A model generated the notes under the pieces. The model was given only the letters and a program-made list of their open reading frames with translations, did no database searches and had not been told where the DNA came from. Shown here piece after piece: positions 1 to 10,235 of a stretch of 64,000 nt of DNA. The position numbers were made by a program, and so were the translations under genes. Source of the stretch: an uncultured bacterium (GTDB lineage: Bacteria > Auribacterota > Erginobacteria > Erginobacterales > Erginobacteraceae); contig CAWGIE010000023.1 of the NCBI GenBank assembly GCA_963822585.1, positions 73,104 to 137,103 of the forward strand. Reading direction: 5' to 3'. Numbering within the stretch: position 1 is the first letter of the stretch; every line of letters begins with the position of its first letter.

Positions 1-651
1 GGCCTGGTGGCAGATGTTGCGCACGCTCTCGATGTCGTGGGTGACATAGACCAGGGTCTTCCCCTGCTCCTGAAAGTCGCGGATCTTCCGCATGCACTTA
101 TGCTGGAAGTAGGCGTCGCCCACGGCCAGGACCTCGTCGATCAGCAGGATATCGGGGTCCAGGGTGACGGCGACCGCGAAGGCCAGCCTGACGTACATCC
201 CGCTGGAGTAGGTCTTGACCGGCTGATCGATGAACTCGCCGATCTCGGCGAAGGCCGCGATCTCGTCCATCGAGGCTTTAATCTCGCCGGGTTTGAGCCC
301 CAGGATGATCCCGCTCAGAAAGGCGTTCTCGCGGCCGGTGAAATCGGGGTTGAAACCGGCGCCCAACTCCAGGATGGTCGAGACCCGTCCCCGGACGGAG
401 ACGGTCCCCCCGGTCGGTTCCATGATCCCGGCCATCAGCTGGAGGATGGTTGTCTTGCCGGAGCCGTTCTGACCCAGGATACCCAGCGTGACCCCGGAGG
501 GGACCTCCAGGCTGATATCCCGCAGGGCCCAGAACTCGCGGTGATACCGCCGCCGATCCCGCCGGAGAGCTTCCTGCAAGCGCTGGAGGGGACTCTCGTA
601 GATCGGGTATTTCTTGGAGACGTTCTTCAGTGTTATGGCATTTTCACTCAT
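1..651 (-). CDS. wzt: Polysaccharide ABC transporter ATP-binding subunit (Wzt/TagH-like), partial, runs off the window start
   Basis: Not in the ORF track. Manual translation from ATG at 651 gives MSENAITLKNVSKKYPIY...EFWALRDISLEV...LGILGQNGSGKTT (Walker A), directly downstream of an ABC-2 permease. Confidence 0.9.
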   Translation of the reverse strand, partial: MSENAITLKNVSKKYPIYESPLQRLQEALRRDRRRYHREFWALRDISLEVPSGVTLGILGQNGSGKTTILQLMAGIMEPTGGTVSVRGRVSTILELGAGFNPDFTGRENAFLSGIILGLKPGEIKASMDEIAAFAEIGEFIDQPVKTYSSGMYVRLAFAVAVTLDPDILLIDEVLAVGDAYFQHKCMRKIRDFQEQGKTLVYVTHDIESVRNICHQA

Positions 652-677
652 GACCGCAATTTGAATTCATTCAACAA

Positions 678-773
678 GGAATAATGGAGTATTGGAGTGA
701 TGGAGTAATGGGTGGCAGCCGCGGCGGCCGCCCGGTTTCCAACACTCCACTACTCCAGCACTCCATCACTCCG
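678..773. repeat. Palindromic intergenic repeat with 8-bp periodicity (GGAGTGAT-like arm, ATCACTCC-like arm)
   Basis: ggagtattggagtgatggagtaatggg ... ccaacactccactactccagcactccatcactcc; the same family occurs at 23750-23828 and 25647-25725. Confidence 0.85.
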
Positions 774-782
774 GTTTTTGTA

Positions 783-1592
783 TTAAATCACGTCAACAAA
801 TGCCTTCTTCGTCTTGTTGTACCACCAGAGGCCAAACAGGAAGAGTACCGCTCCCAGAATCAGAACGTAAAAGTACATGGTCCAGTCGGGCAGACGTCCC
901 CGGAGGAGGATCTCCCGGTAGTTGTGGATCAGGGCGGCGGCCGGGTTCACCGTCAGCCAGAAAGACAGTTTGCCCCCGAAGGCCTGCCTCAGGAAGTACT
1001 CCGGATAAAAGATCGGGGTCAGGAACATCCAGCAGAGCGTCCCCAGCGAGACGGCCTGCCTGATATCGCGGATGAAGACGGCGATCCCGGCCAGTACCCA
1101 GCCGATCCCGGCGGTGAGGAGAAGCTGGGGGATGATCAGAAGCGGAATCAGGAGCCAGGTCCAGAAGGGACCCGATCCCAGTACCAGTATCCCGGCCAGG
1201 AGAACGACCAGCCCGATGCACTGGTGGACGAGAGCCGAGCAGACGGCCTTCAGGGGAAGGACCTCGGCGGGGAAGATGACTTTCTTCACCATGCTGACAT
1301 TTTCGATGACCACCGTCGTGCAGCGGTTGAGGCCCTCGCTGATCGCCAGCCAGACCACGATCCCGCAGAAGACTTCGAGAGCGTAAGCCGAGAGGCGGGG
1401 ATCGTTCTCCAGGCGGAGGCCGAGCAGGCCGCCGAAGACGGCGGTATAGATAACCAGGAGGGCGATCGGCTCGATAACCGACCAGACCACCCCGAAGACG
1501 GACCCCCGGTACTTCCCCAGAACGTCCCGTTTCACCAGGGCGTAGAGCAGATATTTATGCCGGATTAGCTCTGTCAAATCGCGTAAAAGCAT
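783..1592 (-). CDS. wzm: ABC-2 polysaccharide export permease (Wzm)
   Basis: KRDVLGKYRGSVFGVVWSVIEP, VKKVIFP, WMFLTPIFYP and NP motifs; hydrophobic; adjacent to wzt. Confidence 0.92.
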   Translation of the reverse strand: MLLRDLTELIRHKYLLYALVKRDVLGKYRGSVFGVVWSVIEPIALLVIYTAVFGGLLGLRLENDPRLSAYALEVFCGIVVWLAISEGLNRCTTVVIENVSMVKKVIFPAEVLPLKAVCSALVHQCIGLVVLLAGILVLGSGPFWTWLLIPLLIIPQLLLTAGIGWVLAGIAVFIRDIRQAVSLGTLCWMFLTPIFYPEYFLRQAFGGKLSFWLTVNPAAALIHNYREILLRGRLPDWTMYFYVLILGAVLFLFGLWWYNKTKKAFVDVI

Positions 1593-1851
1593 TGGAATAC
1601 CGCGTATTCAGCGTTATCAACAGTCCCGAGAAGTCGATGATTGCAATGAGGCAAGAATAGCATTCCCCGAGGGACAAATCATCATTTTTATATCTCTCTC
1701 CGCGCCGCCGTATGATATCATGCGCCCTGTTCGGAATGAGAAAACAATGCTCCCGGCAAAAACAGAGAGCCGGCGAGTAAGGTAAAAATCCGCGGACCGA
1801 GTTATCGAAACGGAAAGGGTCGAGACTTCATTCCCGGCCGCCAGACTGCTG

Positions 1852-2853
1852 ATGTTTACTCTGTCAGGGATAAAGAAAAGAGGTGGCAACATTCTCCGCT
1901 CCCTCTGCCGGCGAGACGCCAATTTCTGGGACGCGGCCGTAAAATCGATCCGTCGGAAAGGAGGCAAACCCCGGGACGTGACGATGCCCCCCGGTGTCAT
2001 TTTCTTTGAGAACCTCTACCTCTGGGAGCGGGCGGTTATGGAGCCCATCAGCGGCCGCCGCCAGGATACCCCGGTGGACTGGTTCTTCCGGACGTTCGTT
2101 AAGGAAAAGGCATCCCGCGCCCTCAGTATTTCCTGCGGGACCGGATTCTGGGAGAGAAGAATTGCCGAGATGGGGTTTGCCGCGGAGGTTGACGCCTTTG
2201 ATTATTCCCGGGCCTGTCTGGACTGGGCCGCGGATCTGGCCCGCAAGGGCGGCCTGAATAATATAAACTACTGGCAAGCCGATATTAATAAGATCAGTCT
2301 GATACCGGAACATTATGACTTCGCGATCTCAGTGGCCGCGCTTCATCATGTCAGTAATCTGGATTACGTCCTGCAGGAAATCAATCGTTCTCTGAAGCCG
2401 GGGGGCGTTTTTTTCTTCGATGAATACGTGGGACCGAACCGGATGCAATGGCCCGACGAAGTCTTGCGGATAGTGAACAGCGTTCTTAAAATCATGCCGC
2501 CTCGGTACCGGAAGGATCTCTCCGGCCGGATCAAAGAAAGAGAAGAACGCGTCCCGGTTAACAAGATGATCAAGATCGATCCCACTGAAGCCGTCCGCTC
2601 CGCGGATATCCTGGATGTCGCCGGCCGCTATTTCGAGGTGCTGGAGAAGCGGGAATACGGGGGAGCCATCCTGATGCCCCTCTTCATGAACATTATCGGC
2701 AACTTCGATGCCGCGCGGGAGGAGGACCGACGCATTCTCGATTTTTGCCTGTATCTGGAAAAGAGTTTGCTTGAAAACGGAGTTATTAAAGCCAACGGGG
2801 TGGTGGCAGCCTGCCGGAAAAAGGAGAGCACAGTTTCACCGAGAACTTGCTGA
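1852..2853 (+). CDS. Class I SAM-dependent methyltransferase
   Basis: ALSISCGTG motif I, VDAFD, YDFAISVAALHH, RSLKPGG. Confidence 0.85.
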   Translation: MFTLSGIKKRGGNILRSLCRRDANFWDAAVKSIRRKGGKPRDVTMPPGVIFFENLYLWERAVMEPISGRRQDTPVDWFFRTFVKEKASRALSISCGTGFWERRIAEMGFAAEVDAFDYSRACLDWAADLARKGGLNNINYWQADINKISLIPEHYDFAISVAALHHVSNLDYVLQEINRSLKPGGVFFFDEYVGPNRMQWPDEVLRIVNSVLKIMPPRYRKDLSGRIKEREERVPVNKMIKIDPTEAVRSADILDVAGRYFEVLEKREYGGAILMPLFMNIIGNFDAAREEDRRILDFCLYLEKSLLENGVIKANGVVAACRKKESTVSPRTC

Positions 2854-3857
2854 GGCCCATGGGAACAGAAAATGACAAAATGACCTTTGACCAGCTCCAG
2901 CGATATCGTTTCTGCGCGGACGTGGTTGAGACGACCCGGCGGAAAAAGCATTTAACCATTCTGGACGCCGGCAGCCACCAGGGGTATCTCGCTTCGTTTC
3001 TCCCGGAAGACCGCATCTTCAACCTCGACCGGTGTTCTTTTCCCGAACGCGGGTTTGTCCGGGGGAACGTTCTTTCCCTGCCCTTTTCCGACGCCGCTCT
3101 CGACGTCTCCGTCTCCCTCGACATACTGGAACACATCGCCGGGCCGGACCGCGTCTCTTTTCTCGATGAACTCTCCCGGGCCAGCGGGGATATCCTGGTG
3201 ATCGGGGCCCCTTTCTCAGGCCCGGAAATCAGGGAAGCTGAAAAACTGGCCCTCGAGTTTTGCGTAAAAATGACCGGCGCGGAGCATGGCTTTCTGGCCG
3301 AGCACCGAAAGGAAGGGCTCCCGGCATTGGACGAGGTCACCGGATGGGCGGCAACGCGCGGATTTCAGACGGTGGTACTTCCCAACGGCTATCTCTACCA
3401 CTGGCTTTTAATGATCTGCTTGAACTTCTATCTGGCCCAGTTGAAGGAACCCTGGGAATTTATTTTTGCCGTCAACCGGTTTTATTTCAACCGGTTTTAC
3501 GCGCACGATAACCGGGAACCCTCATACCGCCACTTTGTCGTCATCAGTAAAAAAGGAGCTCTCGATCAGGAAGCTCTGCGGAAGGTATCTGTTTCCCCGG
3601 ATACATCACCGATGCCGGATCTGGGGACCGTGCTGAAAGAGATGAATCGAATCCTGGATTTCGTCCACACGGAGGAAGTCTCGCGATTGGCCGATGAGCT
3701 CGGGGCGTTGAGAAAGAAACGGGATGAACTCTCGGAGAAGCTGGATCGGACAACGGTCCGGCTGGAAACACTCCGGGCCGAACTGGAAGGCATCAAATCC
3801 ACCCGGGCTTATCGTATCTACCGGAAGACCGTGGGGAGATTCAGGAAAAACACATAA
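2847..3857 (+). CDS. Class I SAM methyltransferase with C-terminal coiled coil (start possibly 2859)
   Basis: ILDAGSHQG and LPFSDAALDVSVSLDILEH; heptad-rich tail LADELGALRKKRDELSEKLDRTTVRLETLRAELEGIK. Confidence 0.8.
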   Translation: MLRPMGTENDKMTFDQLQRYRFCADVVETTRRKKHLTILDAGSHQGYLASFLPEDRIFNLDRCSFPERGFVRGNVLSLPFSDAALDVSVSLDILEHIAGPDRVSFLDELSRASGDILVIGAPFSGPEIREAEKLALEFCVKMTGAEHGFLAEHRKEGLPALDEVTGWAATRGFQTVVLPNGYLYHWLLMICLNFYLAQLKEPWEFIFAVNRFYFNRFYAHDNREPSYRHFVVISKKGALDQEALRKVSVSPDTSPMPDLGTVLKEMNRILDFVHTEEVSRLADELGALRKKRDELSEKLDRTTVRLETLRAELEGIKSTRAYRIYRKTVGRFRKNT

Positions 3858-3880
3858 AGTTAAATGATTCTTTCCATCCG

Positions 3881-6800
3881 TTACCGGGTGATGGGGATAT
3901 CGCCGACGGAACCGAAATAGACCCGGGTGGTCCCCCTGACCGCCCAGAGACCCGCGTTTTCCCGGAAGATACCGAGCTCGTCTCCGGGGGAGCCGTTATA
4001 ATTGCCCGGCACCGGCCGGTCGGACGCGCTGCCGAAGTAACTCCTGGTCACGCCCCTGATCGCCCAGAGTCCGGAGGAGGGACGGAATATCCCCGTTTCC
4101 CAGACCGTGTCCCCGTTATAGTCGCCGGGGACGATCAGGTCGTAACCGTTGCCGAAGTATACGCGGCTCACCCCCCGGATGGCCCAGAGTCCTGACGTCG
4201 GCCGGAAAACGGCCATGTTTTTTCCGGGCGCCGTTCCATACCGGCCGGGGACGGGCTGATCGCCCGATCCTCCGAAATACACCCGGCTGATCCCACGGAT
4301 CGCCCAGAGGCCGCTGTTACGCCGCCAGATCCCCAGATCGCAGCGGCCGTCGCCGTTGTAATCCCCGGGAACCGGGGTGTCGGAGGAGGAGCCGAAATAA
4401 ACCCTGGTTACCCCTTTCACCGCCCAGAGGCCGGAACCCGGCCGGAAGAGTCCGATGTCGGTTGTACCGTTTCCGTCATAATCCCCCGAAACCGGCAGGT
4501 CGGAACCTGAACCGAAATACGCCCGGGTGATGCCTCTCACCGCCCAGAGACCGGCGGATGGCCGGAAGATGGCGATATCCGCAGAGCCATCACCATTGTA
4601 ATCGCCGGAACCGAGGATCAGTGAACCGGAATCAGGCGTGGGTGACGGTCGGGGACCAGGAATTACCGGATTTCCCCTTACCGCCCGGACATAATAACTA
4701 TACGTTTTTGGAAATAAATCCCCGCCACCACCGAGTAAAGAAACCGTCCAGGCCTTGGTTTCGGCATCCTGGTACATCGAAGTCGAAGACCAATACAAAT
4801 CGTTATGGGTACCGGAAAAAACAGAATTAATAGCGGGGTTATAATTACCCAGGTCCACAATACTGTATAATTCCATTTGATTAGGCAGCCGCCAATCGGA
4901 ATAACCCGCGAAGGGCTGCTGATTAAGTCCCTGGATATACTGAAAAGCGCCTTCCCAGTCCTTCTTATTTCCGCTGTCACTCTGCTGCCAGACCAGCCCG
5001 GTGACGGTATCGGAAACCGTGCCATTACCGTTATCAATAAATCGGCTGCTCCCATCTCGGGGGAAACCGGCCTGATTGGCGCCGTCGTCGCCGAGATCAT
5101 ACCATCCGGAGGGGTGGACGACCTCCGTCTGCCCGGTCCGAGGAAATCCAATCAAGCTGATTCCGTTATAAAAACTGCGGCACGCCCGAACGACACCCAA
5201 GACGTCGGGGGTAATTCCAGCGGACAGAAGCTGACCATAAGAATAATTGAGGCGGAATATTTCCGTGGGGCCGCTCCCCCCGGTACAACTGGAGGACCAA
5301 TAAGGATCGTAAACGGTGTCAACGAAAACGACGGGAAAGGAGAAACTTTTCCCCAGATCGCGGGTGGAAAGTAACTCAAGACAATTGGGAAGACGCCAAT
5401 CGGAATATCCGCCATAGGCGGCATAGTTCATCCGGGCGATATACTGAAAGGCTTCTTCCCAGGTCATGGAGCCATGAAGGTCGCCGAAGGTTTCTCCATG
5501 GCTGCAATTTTTCTGCCACATCAATCCGGTGGCCCAGTCGATGACGGTACCATTTCCGGTGTCCTCCCAGCGGGTACCGGATGCCGGATAACCGATCTGG
5601 GTCACACCATCATCCCCTTGATCATAGCTCCCTGCCTCATGATAGTGGGACGTCTGGCCGGTCCGGGGCAAGCCGTAATAGAGGTGCGTGTAGGGTGGTG
5701 GGGGTGGGCCGGGAGGCGGGGTTGGTCCCCAGGCCGGCGTCGGGCCCATGCCCGGTGTCGGGGTCGTGGTTTGAGGGCCGATGTACTGCCCGGGGCCGCC
5801 GATCACCGCCTTGACGAAAAGTTCCTCGGACTCAAGACGAAAAAGGGCGCCGCCGGTGGTGAAATTAAAAACCCAATGATCATTAACTACCTTATGCCGT
5901 GTGGTGCTGGTCCAGTGGTCCTCGGCGACAGTGAATCCTTGAAAGATCGGATCCACTGCCGGCCAAAAATGGCTGTAATCAAACAAACTGACGAGTTCCT
6001 GATAATTCGGCAAGCGCCATTGGGAATATCCGCCGACATGGCGTTTATTCATTTCCCGCACATAAAGGAATGCCTCTTCCCAGGTTAGTCTTCCGCTGTA
6101 TTCACCCACGGGGAGATACGCGCTGTCGGTTTTCTGCCAGATCAAGCCGGATGCGCGGTCAGTCACCGTGCCGTCGTCATTATCGGTAAACCTTTCCCCC
6201 TGGCCGGCGGGATATCCGGCTTGAATCGCGCCGTCGTCACCCGGATCATTTCCTGAAGGATAATGAATGATATTGGTCTGTCCGGTCCGGGGGAAGCCCC
6301 AGGTCCCGGACTCGGGGTTCAGGGACCTTACCGCCCGGACGTAGCCGGAGTCTTCGGAGGAGTTCTCCATATTGATCCAAGCGGTAAGACCCTCATCGAA
6401 ATTCACCTGGTAACAACTTCTCCCATTGATCAGGTCGGCATAAGTGGTGGATCCCCAATAGCCGACATCAGTTTTAATCCCGGTAAAGAGCGATGAAATT
6501 GCCGGGTAGGACCGACCTAGATCCGTTAAGGAAAAAATCTCCTTGACGTTGGGCAGCCGCCAGTCTCCATAGCCTTTGAAATTTTGACTATTCAGCGATG
6601 CCACGTAAGCAAAAGCATTGTTCCAGGTCATCTTATACCCACTGTCTCCCTGCTGCCACATAAGCCCGGTCGCATGGTCAGTCACCGTCCCGTTTCCGTT
6701 GTCCTGAAATCTGGTCCCGGTCAGAGGGTAACCGACCTGGGTGGAACCGTCGTCACCCAGGTTGTAATCGCTCCCCGAGTAGAAAACTGCGGTCTGGCCG

Positions 6801-7984
6801 GTCTTGGGAACGCCATAGCGGGGATAGGGGGTTGGAGAGGGATGGGGAGGAGAGGGGGTGGGAACGTAAACGGGTCCGCCTCGAACCGCCCGGATATAGT
6901 TGGAAGAACTCTTATCCGTGGGGAGCCGCCAGCCCGATGACCAGGCGACAGTCCAGGCCGAAGTAGCGGGGATTACTCCCCAGCGGGTGGTGCTGCTCCA
7001 GTAAGACGCTTTCTGAGTATAATCCTTAAAGATGGGATCGATAATCGGCCAGAAATAGCCGAAATCAAGCAACGAGACCAGCTCCATATAATTAGGCATC
7101 CGCCAGTCGGTATAACCGGCATATGCCTGGGCGTTCATGGCGGCAATGTAAGCAAATCCTTCTTCCCAGGTCAGGGAGCCGGAGTAACCACCGAATGATT
7201 GGGAAGCACTATCTTTCTGCTGCCAGACCAGACCGGTCGCCGCCTGGCCCACCGTCCCGTTTCCGTAATCAACAAAGCTTGACCCGGTACGCGGAAAACC
7301 GCTCCGGGTGGCTCCATCGTCACCCGGATAGAAGCTCTGTGTCTGACCGGTCCTGGGAAAGCCAACGGTTCCGGACGTGGGGAGATACGACCTCACCGCC
7401 TTGACATAATAGCTGAACTGGCTTGCCAGGGAGACAAACTGCACATGGCCTTCCAGAAAAATTACCACATATATTTTTTGATCGTTTTGAATATCAAGAG
7501 AAGTGCCGGACCAATATTCCGCGCCCTGCAAGGACAATATATTATAACTGGCCGGTGCCCAGATCCCGGCATTGGTGAGAGATGCTAATTCCTTGATGTT
7601 GGGCATCCTCCAATCGCTGTAACCGCCGTATTTCGCCTGATTCATCGCGGCCACGTAAGCAAAAGCGTTGGTCCAAGTCAACTTCCCACCCCAGCCCCCG
7701 AAGGTCTGGCTGTAACTATCCTGTTTCTGCCACATCAAGCCGGTGTCCCCGTCGGTCAGGGTCCCGTTCCCGTTATCGTGAAAAGACAGGCTTCTCCTCC
7801 CGTTTAAAGGATAGCCGGCCCTGATCGTTCCATCATCACCCAGGTCAAATCCGTTGGGAGAATGATAAATATCAAACTGGCCGGTCCGGGGCAGACCATA
7901 GTCTACAGCGGCAACACCGCCGGGGACAAAGAGCCCGAAAATTAGCAGGAGCAAAATAGCTGTTATTTTCCCATCCGATTTCAT
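3881..7984 (-). CDS. Secreted protein with six DUF1566 (Lcl C-terminal / C-type-lectin-fold)-like domains and a C-terminal FG-GAP/VCBS-like repeat domain
   Basis: Signal peptide after MKSDGK (likely start 7984; the ORF track starts at 8047). Six modules G[LFV]P[RK]TGQ..DDG..DNGNGTVTD..TGL[MVI]WQ..TW..AF.Y..GY.DWR[LM]PN..EL..YWS.T..V[RK]A[VC]R. Pro/Thr linkers. C-terminal GDYNGDG..IFRP.SGLWA.RG.TR.YFG repeats. Confidence 0.88.
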   Translation of the reverse strand: MKSDGKITAILLLLIFGLFVPGGVAAVDYGLPRTGQFDIYHSPNGFDLGDDGTIRAGYPLNGRRSLSFHDNGNGTLTDGDTGLMWQKQDSYSQTFGGWGGKLTWTNAFAYVAAMNQAKYGGYSDWRMPNIKELASLTNAGIWAPASYNILSLQGAEYWSGTSLDIQNDQKIYVVIFLEGHVQFVSLASQFSYYVKAVRSYLPTSGTVGFPRTGQTQSFYPGDDGATRSGFPRTGSSFVDYGNGTVGQAATGLVWQQKDSASQSFGGYSGSLTWEEGFAYIAAMNAQAYAGYTDWRMPNYMELVSLLDFGYFWPIIDPIFKDYTQKASYWSSTTRWGVIPATSAWTVAWSSGWRLPTDKSSSNYIRAVRGGPVYVPTPSPPHPSPTPYPRYGVPKTGQTAVFYSGSDYNLGDDGSTQVGYPLTGTRFQDNGNGTVTDHATGLMWQQGDSGYKMTWNNAFAYVASLNSQNFKGYGDWRLPNVKEIFSLTDLGRSYPAISSLFTGIKTDVGYWGSTTYADLINGRSCYQVNFDEGLTAWINMENSSEDSGYVRAVRSLNPESGTWGFPRTGQTNIIHYPSGNDPGDDGAIQAGYPAGQGERFTDNDDGTVTDRASGLIWQKTDSAYLPVGEYSGRLTWEEAFLYVREMNKRHVGGYSQWRLPNYQELVSLFDYSHFWPAVDPIFQGFTVAEDHWTSTTRHKVVNDHWVFNFTTGGALFRLESEELFVKAVIGGPGQYIGPQTTTPTPGMGPTPAWGPTPPPGPPPPPYTHLYYGLPRTGQTSHYHEAGSYDQGDDGVTQIGYPASGTRWEDTGNGTVIDWATGLMWQKNCSHGETFGDLHGSMTWEEAFQYIARMNYAAYGGYSDWRLPNCLELLSTRDLGKSFSFPVVFVDTVYDPYWSSSCTGGSGPTEIFRLNYSYGQLLSAGITPDVLGVVRACRSFYNGISLIGFPRTGQTEVVHPSGWYDLGDDGANQAGFPRDGSSRFIDNGNGTVSDTVTGLVWQQSDSGNKKDWEGAFQYIQGLNQQPFAGYSDWRLPNQMELYSIVDLGNYNPAINSVFSGTHNDLYWSSTSMYQDAETKAWTVSLLGGGGDLFPKTYSYYVRAVRGNPVIPGPRPSPTPDSGSLILGSGDYNGDGSADIAIFRPSAGLWAVRGITRAYFGSGSDLPVSGDYDGNGTTDIGLFRPGSGLWAVKGVTRVYFGSSSDTPVPGDYNGDGRCDLGIWRRNSGLWAIRGISRVYFGGSGDQPVPGRYGTAPGKNMAVFRPTSGLWAIRGVSRVYFGNGYDLIVPGDYNGDTVWETGIFRPSSGLWAIRGVTRSYFGSASDRPVPGNYNGSPGDELGIFRENAGLWAVRGTTRVYFGSVGDIPITR

Positions 7985-8465
7985 TAAATATTCCTTATCC
8001 AACCTTTGCTTATTATTATTGTACCACATTTTCAAAACTGATGCCAAGATTGATTGGTCAGCTCTCGTTAACCATCTTACATATAGTAACCCCTGTTATT
8101 CGGCTACAGCAGACTGTTTTTTCTTAACCGATAGGCCAATAATGTGTTTCTGCTCGCGGTAATGTAATAAATGATAGATATTGGCCAACAAGTAATTGCC
8201 CGGAAGCATAATATGATTATTACTTCATACCACTTACTATCCATGACAACCCCGGCATTTTTCAAAACTAACCTGATTTATGCATAAATCAGATTAAGGG
8301 GCGTTTATCTTGACCATCCCCGGGAGCCTGATATAACATTTAATCATATTTTTCGACGATTCAATAGCGGCATCGCTTCAGCGCTCAATCCCCGACCGGG
8401 CGGTCGATGCCGAAGTTCATGGCACGCCCTCCTAAACAGAGCTAAGAACTCTTACCCTGGCAGAG

Positions 8466-10133
8466 ATGAAAAACCGTTTTGAAATTATAACCCTGGCAGC
8501 GATCCTGATCGCCAGTTTATTGTTTTCCTTCTGGTTATTTCATTACCGCTTTCACGGCTATTATTCCTATCATGGCGATGATGAGGTACGTTCTTTAATC
8601 GCATATTCCATTTATCGAGGAGATCATTTCCCCCCTGGGAGTCAAATATACAATATTAAGCCCCGGGGCTTTGTCCCACACTGGCTTTGGCTTCCTTTCC
8701 AATTCTGGTTTAACGCCGCTCTGCTCGGAATAATTCGTAATCCGCGCCTGGTTTCATTCATCAGCAATAGCCTGTTTTCCTCGGGTACCGCTATTATAAT
8801 ATACCTGCTGACCAAGCTCATCTCCGGAAATCTGAAAGTAGCCGCGGCCGGCGGGATGATCTGGTATATCTCCATCCCTTTTTTTCGAGGACTTAACATT
8901 TCCGGCCTGGATTTGCCGATACTTCATTTTTTTGTTCTGGCCGGAGTGTATTGTTGGCTGAGGACCAAATCCTCGTCCCGAGGTGTATTAGCTTTCTGGC
9001 CGGCCGCCGTGTTTTTCCTGGCCGCCAGTATGGTTCGATACGAGGGCTGGTTTTTCGTCGCGGCTTTTGAATTAGCGGTTTGCCTCCATATAATGTTCAG
9101 GAAATCCAAGACGGAATGGCTCAAGGGGTGTCTGATTCTCGCCCTTCCCCTGCTCTTTATCGGGCTCTGGTTGCTGGATCAACGATTGAGGTATGGCCAC
9201 CTTCTATTCCTGACGTTTTATCGTCAAGAGGCCATCGACGGCATCCAGCAATTATTCGGCCGTGAGTCATGGCATTATAAGGCTCTTATATATCCCCGAA
9301 TAGCTGCTCAAAGTTCCCCATTGATGATACTCCTAACCCCGCTAGCCTTTCTTGCCTGGCCACGTACCGGTCGTTTATTGCTCCGTTATGCCGGGTTTAT
9401 CGCCGGTGGTCTGATCATCCTCAGCGCCTCAGCAATTTATGGCGGTGTTCCCTATGCTCCGGAGAGGGTCGCCTATATCATTCTTCTTCTTCTTCTTCCT
9501 CTTGCCGCCACCGGGGCATGGGAACTGGCTGGATTGATAACCAGGTTATTAAAAAAGAAGGCGGTCCCAGCGATCTTCTGGACCCTGTTTTTTGGGGGTA
9601 TCGCGGCGTATAATCTGATGGTTACATCCCGTTCTCTTAACAACAGCATGAGCGAGGAAATAAGCCGGATCGGGCATATCCTGGAATGGTCGGTTAAGCG
9701 AGGAGTCATTGCTGGAAACGAGAAAATCGTCTATGAAGAGAGAGTAATGAAGGATGGTGAGAATGGGAGATGGGGAAGATGGGATTCGATTCGTCTGACC
9801 TTATTCGCTCCCGACCAATTAATCTGCGATCGTTTTCAGAAAATTATCATCAAGAACGGGCTGGAATACACCGATTCCACAAATCTTGACTCCTCTTTTT
9901 TCCGGAAATTATCCGGAGATTCACTCAAAAGCTATCTTGAGGATCATGACATAAAAATGGCTATAATCTGGTCTGAAGAAACCAGATCAAAAATGCGTGA
10001 TATATTTATTCCGTACTTCCCCAGCCCCAATTATGCTATTTTTATCGGCCCCGATAAGGCCTGGAGTTTAGAACCCCTCAGGATTTTTTTAAGCCGAATG
10101 AAGTCATTATCAAAGCCTTCTGGCGATCGATAA
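8466..10133 (+). CDS. Multi-TM GT-C fold glycosyltransferase (ArnT/PMT, family 39-like)
   Basis: N-terminal TM followed by GDDEVR, then WLP and RYEGW motifs, many TM segments and a soluble C-terminal domain. Confidence 0.7.
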   Translation: MKNRFEIITLAAILIASLLFSFWLFHYRFHGYYSYHGDDEVRSLIAYSIYRGDHFPPGSQIYNIKPRGFVPHWLWLPFQFWFNAALLGIIRNPRLVSFISNSLFSSGTAIIIYLLTKLISGNLKVAAAGGMIWYISIPFFRGLNISGLDLPILHFFVLAGVYCWLRTKSSSRGVLAFWPAAVFFLAASMVRYEGWFFVAAFELAVCLHIMFRKSKTEWLKGCLILALPLLFIGLWLLDQRLRYGHLLFLTFYRQEAIDGIQQLFGRESWHYKALIYPRIAAQSSPLMILLTPLAFLAWPRTGRLLLRYAGFIAGGLIILSASAIYGGVPYAPERVAYIILLLLLPLAATGAWELAGLITRLLKKKAVPAIFWTLFFGGIAAYNLMVTSRSLNNSMSEEISRIGHILEWSVKRGVIAGNEKIVYEERVMKDGENGRWGRWDSIRLTLFAPDQLICDRFQKIIIKNGLEYTDSTNLDSSFFRKLSGDSLKSYLEDHDIKMAIIWSEETRSKMRDIFIPYFPSPNYAIFIGPDKAWSLEPLRIFLSRMKSLSKPSGDR

Positions 10134-10235
10134 CTTCAATGTCGTCTTATTCTACTGACTTGGCTATAACTCGATGGCTATCCATCAATGCCGTTCATTG
10201 AGCCCCTCTTGTCCTACTCTAGTGGCTAATCCAAA

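Noticed and set aside
7..1568. Long + strand ORFs 7..684 and 684..1568 (similarly 24384..25640, 27975..29231, 29425..30651)
   Set aside because: Antisense shadows of clear - strand genes, which is typical of GC-rich coding DNA.
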